This document shows, in pieces, positions 20,822 to 28,106 of a DNA stretch of 64,000 nucleotides. The notes below the pieces were generated by a model. It worked only from the letters and a program-made list of their open reading frames with translations. It searched no databases and was not told where the DNA came from. Each line of letters begins with the position of its first letter. The first letter of the stretch is position 1. Origin of the DNA: Patescibacteria group bacterium UBA2773 (GTDB taxonomy: Bacteria > Patescibacteriota > Minisyncoccia > Moranbacterales > DUUL01); assembly GCA_002352465.1 (NCBI GenBank), contig DEIN01000017.1:64777-128776 (forward strand), in the 5' to 3' direction. Made by a program: the position numbers and the translations under genes.

Positions 20822-21205
20822 ATGAAAATAATTTTAGTCGATGCGGTGAATGTTTTTGTGAGTAAAGAGGGCAAAATTTTTGAAGAAATGTCCGAGTTAC
20901 TAGAAGAATATCCAAATAGAAAAATTATTCTTACTGGGGCGGATGAGAAACAACAAGTTGTATTTGGTTTGGATAAAATGCCGTATGAAGTCTTTACTTT
21001 AAATCATAATCCAGAGAAAATCGATCCGAGTTATTATAGAAAGACGTTGGAATATTTCAATCTGGATTCGGAAGATGTTATTTATTTTGAACACGACAAA
21101 GCGGCAGTTGAGAGTGCTGAGTCAGTTGGAATAAAAACTTATTATTATAACAAGGACAAGCGGGATGTCGTTGACTTAAAGGGGTTTTTGGATAATAATG
21201 TTTAG
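20822..21205 (+). CDS. Small HAD-superfamily-like protein
   Basis: ILVDAVN motif I-like, PEK.DP, YFEHD...VESAESVGI. Confidence 0.65.
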   Translation: MKIILVDAVNVFVSKEGKIFEEMSELLEEYPNRKIILTGADEKQQVVFGLDKMPYEVFTLNHNPEKIDPSYYRKTLEYFNLDSEDVIYFEHDKAAVESAESVGIKTYYYNKDKRDVVDLKGFLDNNV

Positions 21206-21283
21206 GGTTGATTTTTTAAATAAAGATTGTTCTTTTTATAAAGTTTAAAATAAATTTTTTGTAATTTAAAGGGGAGGTAAAAG

Positions 21284-21559
21284 ATGAAGGGGTTTAGATC
21301 GTTTTTTGGATTTTTAGGCAAATTGATTTTTTGGTGGTTTTTAATGTTTCTTAACTTAGAAGATGACGGAAGTCTGAAAGATCTTCTCAAGGGATTTGCT
21401 TTGTTGATAATTGGAGCTTTGTTTATTATTCCAATGTCCCTGTATATTGAATTTTTTGATTTAAAAAATTCAGTTTATTTTGGATTAGCCTATTTGATTA
21501 CTGGCGGAATTGTAGAGCTGTTTGCGAGATATTTTTTAAAGAAATCAATTCTTGAATAG
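21284..21559 (+). CDS. Hypothetical membrane protein (one ~85-aa module)
   Basis: Strong SD GGGGAGGT; hydrophobic segments; similar to both halves of the next gene. Confidence 0.7.
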   Translation: MKGFRSFFGFLGKLIFWWFLMFLNLEDDGSLKDLLKGFALLIIGALFIIPMSLYIEFFDLKNSVYFGLAYLITGGIVELFARYFLKKSILE

Positions 21560-21586
21560 AAATATTTAAAGAAGGAGCGAGATAAA

Positions 21587-22123
21587 ATGAAAAAACGTGA
21601 GAAATCTTTTCTTGTTTTAAGGTTTTTTGGGTGGCCCTTGTGCCTATTTATAAATCTTGATAAAGATTATGACGAGTTTAGAAATGCTTTGAGTAGTGTT
21701 TTCGTTGCAACTGGAGTCGTATTTTGGTGGTTGATTTTTGATGAACCTAATTTTTATCGCATTTGTATTTATTTGGTTGTGGGCTTAATAGTTCATTTCT
21801 TGGAAAGACGAATGTGGAAAGATTCTTTTTTGGAGAAAGACCTAAAAAGAGGAGAGAAATATAAAAAGTTTATTTTTGTCTTAAAATTATTAGGGTGGAT
21901 GATTTTTATGTTCATAAATATGGACGAAGATGATGGAAATAGCAAAAGTTTTTTTAACAGTATTTTTTTGGCGATTGGAACAGCTGCGATTCTTTTGACT
22001 ATCGTTAGTTTTAAATCTTGGTGGGGGCTAATACCCTTTCTTGTTTATTTGTCGGTGGGCTTCATTGCGCATCGTTACGCTAAATCTGAATGGGGAGGCT
22101 CTTTTCTGAGAGAAAAAAGTTAA
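21587..22123 (+). CDS. Hypothetical membrane protein (two tandem ~85-aa modules)
   Basis: SD AAGGAG; repeated GW...FIN.D.D ... YL.VG.I.H ... W..SFL. Confidence 0.75.
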   Translation: MKKREKSFLVLRFFGWPLCLFINLDKDYDEFRNALSSVFVATGVVFWWLIFDEPNFYRICIYLVVGLIVHFLERRMWKDSFLEKDLKRGEKYKKFIFVLKLLGWMIFMFINMDEDDGNSKSFFNSIFLAIGTAAILLTIVSFKSWWGLIPFLVYLSVGFIAHRYAKSEWGGSFLREKS

Positions 22124-22232
22124 AAAAAGATTTTATGAGGCGTTGTTCGAGGAACAGGGCCTTTTTTGTTTGTTTTGACTATTTTTTAGGTTTATGATTT
22201 TGTGGAGAGGTAATAATATTTTTAAATAACTT

Positions 22233-22288
22233 GATTCCCGCTTTTACACAGTCGCTGAAGCTATGGTGCATGAGGCGCGGGAATGACA
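22233..22288. repeat. GATTCCCGC...GCGGGAATGAC palindromic repeat with nested CGCTGAAGCTATGG element
   Basis: Related un-nested copy at ~35077-35103, degenerate copy at ~33726-33771. Confidence 0.7.
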
Positions 22289-22334
22289 AGGTATAAAATA
22301 AAGAAAAGCGGAAAGTCGAGTTAAATAGCTAAAA

Positions 22335-22381
22335 TTCCAGCGGTTCGACCGCTGTATCCACAGAGGTCAAACCGCTCGGAA
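22335..22381. repeat. REP-like doublet, family A
   Basis: TTCC-AGCGGTTCGACCGCT-GTATCCAC-AGAGGTCAAACCGCT-CGGAA. Confidence 0.85.
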
Positions 22382-22403
22382 TTTTTCGTGGAAATGATAA
22401 ATA

Positions 22404-22435
22404 AAAAAACACCTCATTGTAAAGAGGTGTTTTTT
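22404..22435 (-). terminator. Rho-independent terminator of infC-rpmI-rplT
   Basis: AAAAAACACCTC-loop-GAGGTGTTTTTT. Confidence 0.8.
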
Positions 22436-22452
22436 AATATAAAAAAGTAAAT

Positions 22453-22806
22453 CTATTTGCTTAATTTCATCTTATCGATCATTCTTTTGAAAATCTCTGG
22501 TTCATTCATTGCCAATTTGGACAAAATCTTTCGGTCTAAATTAATGGTGTTATCTCTGAGATATTTAATGAAAGTAGAATATTTCCAGTCATTTTGTCTT
22601 AAGGCATTGTTAAGTTGTAAAATCCAAAGTGCTCGGAAAGTTCGTTTTTTGTTTCTTCGATCTCGGTAAGCATATTTTCCAGCTTTAATTAAGGCTTCTT
22701 TAGCAGCTCTGAAATTGCTTTTTCGTCGCCATTTGAAACCTTTGGCTCTTTTTAATAGATTTGATCGTCGTTTTGAGGCGGTTACTCCTCTTTTTATTCT
22801 TGGCAT
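22453..22806 (-). CDS. rplT: 50S ribosomal protein L20
   Basis: MPRIKRG, YAYRDRR.KKR.FR.LWI, LDRKILS. Confidence 0.99.
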   Translation of the reverse strand: MPRIKRGVTASKRRSNLLKRAKGFKWRRKSNFRAAKEALIKAGKYAYRDRRNKKRTFRALWILQLNNALRQNDWKYSTFIKYLRDNTINLDRKILSKLAMNEPEIFKRMIDKMKLSK

Positions 22807-22820
22807 ATCTATAATAGAAG

Positions 22821-22931
22821 TTAAATGTTTGGCGCAGTTCTTTGTTGGATTTTTAGCTACTCATTCGTCGTACTATTCAGTGCGTCTCATTCGTTGCTCA
22901 AATCCGCCTCGAATTGTTCTCAAACCTTTAA
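22821..22931 (-). other. ~110-nt structured element, copy 1 (between rpmI and rplT)
   Basis: Nested imperfect stems; homologous to 25290-25401. Confidence 0.65.
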
Positions 22932-22967
22932 TTTCCCCTGATTATTCGAATTATTTATAAATGATTT

Positions 22968-23165
22968 CTATTCACTCAAAAGGTCTCTTTTAATAGAAGC
23001 TCCTATTTTACCGGTCACAATTTGATTTCCTCGCTTAGTTCTTTTTTGATCAGAGGTTTGTCTGGCATTAAAATGATTTTGGTTGGATTTTCTTCTAGAA
23101 ACTTTTCCAGTACCAGTGATTTTAAATCTCTTTGCTACCGCTTTTCTTGTTTTAAGTTTTGGCAT
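22968..23165 (-). CDS. rpmI: 50S ribosomal protein L35
   Basis: [21 protein letters not shown]; synteny. Confidence 0.98.
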   Translation of the reverse strand: MPKLKTRKAVAKRFKITGTGKVSRRKSNQNHFNARQTSDQKRTKRGNQIVTGKIGASIKRDLLSE

Positions 23166-23250
23166 AGTTTGGTGAAATTATCTGCAAATATTTTTTTAAC
23201 TTTCTAGTCAAAACTGTGATTGAAAACAATTTCTTAATCGTAAATTAAAA

Positions 23251-23805
23251 CTAGTCTCCTTTAATAATGGGAGCTATGATGACATTAAATCCATTTCCTT
23301 GTTGTCTAATGTCTTGTTCTATTTTAACTGGAAAATCGATTTTGTCAATGAATTCTTTCAATCGTTTCTTGGCTTGTTCAGCAAACGCCTTTTCTCGTCC
23401 TCTTAAAACGACTTGAATTTTAATCTTATTTTCTTTGGTTAAGAATTTTTTGGCTTGTTCGGCTTTGAAAGTTAAGTCTCCGTCACCAGTGCTTGGTCGA
23501 AATCTGATTCCTTTTAGTTTGGTCTTTTTTTGAGTTTTCTTGTTCTCGTATTTCTTTTTAGTTTCCATATATTGAAATTTTCCCCAGTCAATTATTTTGC
23601 AAACTGGTGGTTCGGCTTTGGGGGCAATTTCGACTAAGTCTAGATCTTGAGATCTGGCTAAAATCAAAGCATCACGAATTGCCATAATTCCGTGTTGTTC
23701 GCCTCTTTCGCCCACTACTCGAACGGTTGGTATATGAATAGCTTCATTCACCTTATTCTTCGGTTTTCGCGGGACTGGTTTAAATACTCTTTTGATAAAT
23801 TTAAT
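23251..23805 (-). CDS. infC: Translation initiation factor IF-3, probable non-canonical start (ATT 23805 or ATC 23796)
   Basis: NEAI..P.VRVV, DLVEIAP...PPVCKIID.GK; frame open 18 codons upstream of GTG 23751 with only ATT/ATC candidates before TAA. Confidence 0.93.
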   Translation of the reverse strand: MKFIKRVFKPVPRKPKNKVNEAIHIPTVRVVGERGEQHGIMAIRDALILARSQDLDLVEIAPKAEPPVCKIIDWGKFQYMETKKKYENKKTQKKTKLKGIRFRPSTGDGDLTFKAEQAKKFLTKENKIKIQVVLRGREKAFAEQAKKRLKEFIDKIDFPVKIEQDIRQQGNGFNVIIAPIIKGD

Positions 23806-23891
23806 TTATTGATTAATTCTTTTGAGGGATTATTTTTAATCACCCTTTTGATGTTGCTAATATAGCAATATTCTTTATTTTTAGCAAGGCT

Positions 23892-24039
23892 AGAAAAATA
23901 AATTCTGAATTTTGAATTTAAAATTTCGATCCAATTTTGAATGACTTCATTTTTTAAATTCATAAGCGAAGCTTATGTAATTAAAAACTAAATAATTATT
24001 ATATTAAAAATTCATTTAAAATTTAAAATTGATTTTTCT
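23892..24039. repeat. AT-rich MITE-like hairpin with heptamer-repeat arms
   Basis: Arms of TTTGAAT/TTTAAAAT-like units around central CATAAGC-GAA-GCTTATG hairpin. Confidence 0.6.
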
Positions 24040-24059
24040 TCAAAAGAAGAAAAACTTTG

Positions 24060-24654
24060 TGGAGGTGATGGGAATTGAACCCATGTCCAGTGTCAAAATT
24101 TTAAAATCGTCTACAGATATGTTCCATCTGTTTTTGAGAATAAATCTCAGAAGTTCAATCGCGTTGAGATGGACAAAAAAAGCGAGAGAACTTTTCTTTT
24201 GTGTGATTTGATTAATTTGCCAAAAGAAAACAAACTAACTACGTTCTAATGTTGACACCGATAAGGAATTGCAAGCAATTCCAGAGACTTATTAGAAATC
24301 AGTCAATCGATGGGCCATAGGTTAAAATTAAGCTATGGCAGCAGCAAAGTTAGGTGTGAAAGCAGATGCTAACGCACTTTTTGCTTTATTATATAAGTTT
24401 GCACTTATAAGGTTTCGGGATTGGCTTTAAATGTTCTTTTTACTACAATCGAAAATTTTTGATTAAATTTTCTTCAAATTTTTTTACATTAATTTTGGTT
24501 AGTGCTTCAAAAATTATTTAGAAAATTTATTCTAAAAATTTTCAATTTCGAAAACAAAATAACACTTAAAGCCAATCCCTGTATATTTTTAACAAGATAT
24601 ACAGCTTGATCTGCAAATTTCAAAATACTTAACCTGTCGAAGCCTGGCACCCCC
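24060..24654 (-). ncRNA. ssrA: tmRNA, unusually long (~595 nt)
   Basis: 5' GGGGGTGCCAGGCTTCGAC; 3' GGACATGGGTTCAATTCCCATCACCTCCA with G3.U70; PK1; tag frame 24402-24328 ANLYNKAKSALASAFTPNFAAAIA*; adjacent to smpB. Confidence 0.95.
24417..24579. repeat. 163-nt hairpin insertion inside tmRNA
   Basis: GGGATTGGCTTTAAATGTT ... AACACTTAAAGCCAATCCC (18/19 inverted match), with further imperfect pairing inside. Confidence 0.9.
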
Positions 24655-24668
24655 AGCGTGTTTTTCCG

Positions 24669-24805
24669 AAGAAACAAGGACACAAGAAACAAACAAATTA
24701 AAAATTTCAATATTTAAATTTCAAACTAAAAGCCTTTGGCTTTTTTATTTTTAAAATTTTAATTTGAGATTTGTTTGTTTCTTGTATCTTGTGTCCTTGT
24801 ATCTT
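24669..24805. repeat. MITE-like hairpin with CAAGA(A/T)A / CAAGGAC heptamer arms
   Basis: Left arm AAGAAACAAGGACACAAGAAACAAACAAAT, right arm its approximate reverse complement; left half recurs at ~63873-63952. Confidence 0.8.
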
Positions 24806-24827
24806 AAAAAAATAATCAAATAATTTT

Positions 24828-25277
24828 TTAACGTCTTTCCTTATAGGCTCTTTCAATCTTGACCTTGTCTTCACGATTTTGAATCGATTGACGTTTGTCG
24901 TGCTTTTTCTTTCCCTTAGCTAAGGCAAATGAAAGCTTAATTAGGCTTTTTTTATTATACATTGAAACAGGTACTAATGTCAAGCCTTCAGTTCGAACTT
25001 TTCCTAGTAATTTTTTGATTTCACTTTTTTTGACTAACAATTTTCGCGGTCTGGTCGGGTTGTAGCCTTCGATAATTCCAGCTTGCTTGTAGGGATTGAT
25101 GTGAGCGTTGGTGAGGTATAATTCACTTCTGTTGAAAGTGACAAAAGCACCTTTGAGAGAGACGTGACCTGATTTGACTGATTTGACTTCGTAGCCTTTT
25201 AACACTAAACCGGCCTCGAAGGTTTCGAGGAGTTGGTAGTCAAAGTGAGCTCGTTTGTTGACAGCTAGTGATTTCAT
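24828..25277 (-). CDS. smpB: SsrA-binding protein
   Basis: NKRAHFDY..LE.FEAGLVL.G.EVKS, RPRKLL, GKKKHDKR; start ATG 25277. Confidence 0.98.
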   Translation of the reverse strand: MKSLAVNKRAHFDYQLLETFEAGLVLKGYEVKSVKSGHVSLKGAFVTFNRSELYLTNAHINPYKQAGIIEGYNPTRPRKLLVKKSEIKKLLGKVRTEGLTLVPVSMYNKKSLIKLSFALAKGKKKHDKRQSIQNREDKVKIERAYKERR

Positions 25278-25289
25278 TGTGTTGACGGC

Positions 25290-25401
25290 TTGTCTATTTG
25301 ACACACTTTTTTGTCGAATTTTCCGTCACTCATTCAATGTACCAGTTTAGTACATTTCGTTCGGTACTCAAATTCTCCTCAAATTGTGCTCAAATATACA
25401 A
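25290..25401 (-). other. ~110-nt structured element, copy 2 (upstream of smpB)
   Basis: Homologous to 22821-22931 with compensatory stem changes. Confidence 0.65.
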
Positions 25402-25477
25402 CCCTTAATTAGAAAAATACTTAATCAAACTATTGTATGAGGCGTCTTTATTAGTTTTCAAGCTAATTGTAATCTAT

Positions 25478-26395
25478 TTAAAAGAAAATTTCAATGAAAC
25501 GCCATTTTTGGGAGAAGTCTTTGCTGAATTTGAAGTTGGCCTGGGGAAAAATCTTTTTAAATTCTGTTTGAGCGAACTTTTTTTGTTCCGGAGAAATTTC
25601 AAAAATTAGATAAAGATTTTGAACTAAATCAGGTAGTTTATGTCGTTTGATTTGGTTTAAAAGCTTTAAATAGAATTCTAGGCCGTCTTTTTTGGCAATC
25701 AGGGCTTTTTTAGGTTCAAAAGCCTGAACAGAAGCGGGGCAGTTGTGATAGATTTTTGGTGATAAGTAGGGGAGATTGGCCGTGATTATTAATTGGGTTT
25801 TGTTATCGAACTTGTTACTTAACAAGTTACTTAACAAAGATTTTAATAAATCTCCTTTTGAAAAATCAATTTTCCAGTTAACTTCCAAATTTTTCGCATT
25901 TTTTTCTGCAATTTTCAAAGCTTTTGTCGAGATGTCTATTCCGAAAGCTTCGATTTGGGAGTTTCTGAATCGACTTTTTTGGAGTTCTTTCAAGAGGGAA
26001 ATTAAAATACAGCCTGAGCCTGTTCCAACGTCAATTAAGGCGATTTTTTTAGAGGGATAAAATTGCTGGTGACAATATTCTAAGGTTTTTTCGATTAATA
26101 GTTCAGTTTCAGGGCGAGGAATCAAGGTGTCAAGACTGACGCCGAAAGGTCGACCGTAAAAATTTTTTTCTTTGATTAAATAGGCGATTGGCTCTTGCTG
26201 AATTCTTTTTTGAATTAAAGTTTTGAATTTTATTATTTTTTGAGGAGAAACTTCCGCATCAGGATAGGAAAATAAAAATTCGCGATTTTTTTTTAAAATT
26301 GAGCTTAATAAAATTTCTGCATCCAAGTCTGGGGTTGGTGAAAAATTGCAAAGTTTTAATTTGCTTTGCTGAAGCAATTTTTTAATTTTCATCAT
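25478..26395 (-). CDS. prmC: Release factor glutamine methyltransferase
   Basis: [22 protein letters not shown]; follows prfA. Confidence 0.96.
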   Translation of the reverse strand: MMKIKKLLQQSKLKLCNFSPTPDLDAEILLSSILKKNREFLFSYPDAEVSPQKIIKFKTLIQKRIQQEPIAYLIKEKNFYGRPFGVSLDTLIPRPETELLIEKTLEYCHQQFYPSKKIALIDVGTGSGCILISLLKELQKSRFRNSQIEAFGIDISTKALKIAEKNAKNLEVNWKIDFSKGDLLKSLLSNLLSNKFDNKTQLIITANLPYLSPKIYHNCPASVQAFEPKKALIAKKDGLEFYLKLLNQIKRHKLPDLVQNLYLIFEISPEQKKFAQTEFKKIFPQANFKFSKDFSQKWRFIEIFF

Positions 26396-27452
26396 TCAAT
26401 TTCATTTCTAAATCTTTTTGGGTAATTTGCTCAACGATGTCGTCTAAGTTGCCGTTTAAAATTATTTCAATGTTAGACCAACTGACTTTGATTCGATGAT
26501 CAGTAATTCGGTCTTGAGGGAAATTATAGGTCCTGATTTTTTCACTCCGATCTCCTGTTCCGATTTGTTGTTTTCGTTCCGAAGAAGCTGCCGCTTGTTC
26601 TTTTTCTTCTTTTTGGGCTAAGAGTCTGGAGCGAAGAATCTGCATCGCTTTTTCCTTGTTTTGAAGTTGAGATTTTTGATCTTGGCAAGAAGACATTGTG
26701 CCAGTTGGAAGATGGGTAATTCGAACAGCAGAGTTGGTGGTATTGACGGATTGACCACCTGGGCCTGAAGAAGCGAAAGTATCAATCCTTAGTTCGTCTG
26801 GTCTGATTTTTAAATCAGTTTTTTCAGCGCGAGGAATAACGGCGACTGTGACGGTCGAAGTGTGGACTCGCCCTTGTTTTTCGGTTTCGGGAATTCTTTG
26901 GACTCGATGAACTCCGGATTCAAATTTAAGTTTAGAGTAAACATTTTTACCAGAAATTTCAAAAATTATTTCCTTAAAGCCACCCAAGACGTTGGGACTA
27001 GAACTGTTGAGTTCAGTTCGCCAATTATTTTTTTCAGCGAAACGGGAATACATTTTGAATAATTCTCCTACAAAAAGACTGGCTTCATCGCCACCGGCGC
27101 CGGCTCGAATTTCAATAATAATACTTTTTTTATCTCGAGGATCAGAAGGCAAGAGCAATTTTTCCATGTTTGTCTCTGTTTTTTTTAAAATGTTTTCAAG
27201 TTCGATTTTTTCTAGTTTAGACATTTCTAAAAATTCTTCGTCAGTTTCTTCTTCTAAAAATTTTTCATTTTCTTTGAGTTGTCTTTGCGTTTCTTCTAGC
27301 GTTTTTGTTTCCGTTACTATTTCTTCAATTTCGCTCAAGTCTTGGTTGAGTTTTTTGAGTTTTTCGGGATTAGAAAAATTAGCTGGGTTTTCTAGCTCTT
27401 TTTTTAGGTCGGTGTATTCTTTTTTGATTTTGTCGATTCTTTTTTGATTCAT
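26382..27452 (-). CDS. prfA: Peptide chain release factor 1
   Basis: [12 protein letters not shown] (PxT), [18 protein letters not shown]. Confidence 0.98.
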   Translation of the reverse strand: MNQKRIDKIKKEYTDLKKELENPANFSNPEKLKKLNQDLSEIEEIVTETKTLEETQRQLKENEKFLEEETDEEFLEMSKLEKIELENILKKTETNMEKLLLPSDPRDKKSIIIEIRAGAGGDEASLFVGELFKMYSRFAEKNNWRTELNSSSPNVLGGFKEIIFEISGKNVYSKLKFESGVHRVQRIPETEKQGRVHTSTVTVAVIPRAEKTDLKIRPDELRIDTFASSGPGGQSVNTTNSAVRITHLPTGTMSSCQDQKSQLQNKEKAMQILRSRLLAQKEEKEQAAASSERKQQIGTGDRSEKIRTYNFPQDRITDHRIKVSWSNIEIILNGNLDDIVEQITQKDLEMKLNDEN

Positions 27453-27533
27453 AGAAATTAGTTAGAAAGTTCATAAAGTTAAAAGTTCGTAAAGTCTTTC
27501 ATATTAAATAGAGTATAACATAGATTTTAATAA

Positions 27534-27576
27534 AAAAATTCCCGCTAATAATTTGAAAAGGTTTAGCGGGAATTTT
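27534..27576 (-). terminator. Terminator-like hairpin after rpmE
   Basis: AAAATTCCCGCTAA ... TTAGCGGGAATTTT. Confidence 0.7.
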
Positions 27577-27591
27577 GTAGTGTCCTCAAAG

Positions 27592-27891
27592 TTATTTTTT
27601 ATCTTCTTTTTTCTCTGATTTTTCAGGAGTGTTGGTTGTTTCTTCTTTAGGAGCTTCTTTTTTAGTAGTTTTTTTAACTTGCATGGCAGAACTTTTTTCC
27701 ATTCGTTTCTTGAATCGGTCAACTCGGCCAGTGCTATCGACTAATTTTTCTTTTCCAGTGTAAAAAGGATGACATTTATTGCAAATTTCAATGTCTATTT
27801 TTTCGGCGGTGGAACCAACTTTAAAAGTGCTTCCACAAGCACATTTGACTTCAACGTCAGAATTGTATTTTGGGTGAATCTTTTTTTTCAT
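27592..27891 (-). CDS. rpmE: 50S ribosomal protein L31 (Cys-containing) with charged tail
   Basis: [25 protein letters not shown]. Confidence 0.98.
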   Translation of the reverse strand: MKKKIHPKYNSDVEVKCACGSTFKVGSTAEKIDIEICNKCHPFYTGKEKLVDSTGRVDRFKKRMEKSSAMQVKKTTKKEAPKEETTNTPEKSEKKEDKK

Positions 27892-28106
27892 AAAGCTTTT
27901 TAATCTTATAAGTAGTTAAATCGGAAATAATTCCAAGTAACTTCAAGTGAAATTTTAGCATAATTTTGGAAAGGAGGCAATAGATAGTGAAATTGATTTT
28001 GAATAATAATTAAAATTTGCATATTTTTTAAAAATTAGTATACTTTAAATTAAGCCATTGTTTTTTTGGCAGATTTGAATTTTTAAAAAATCAGTAAATA
28101 ATATAA

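Noticed and set aside
24060-24090. Stand-alone tRNA
   Set aside because: This T-arm/acceptor strand pairs with 24648-24654 as the tRNA-like domain of tmRNA
24417-24579. Group I intron in tmRNA
   Set aside because: Too short, a simple hairpin, no recognisable catalytic core, and not in the T-loop
23748-24710. ORFs 23748..23963, 24029..24211 and 24507..24710
   Set aside because: They overlap the infC 5' region, repeat arms or tmRNA and have no protein features
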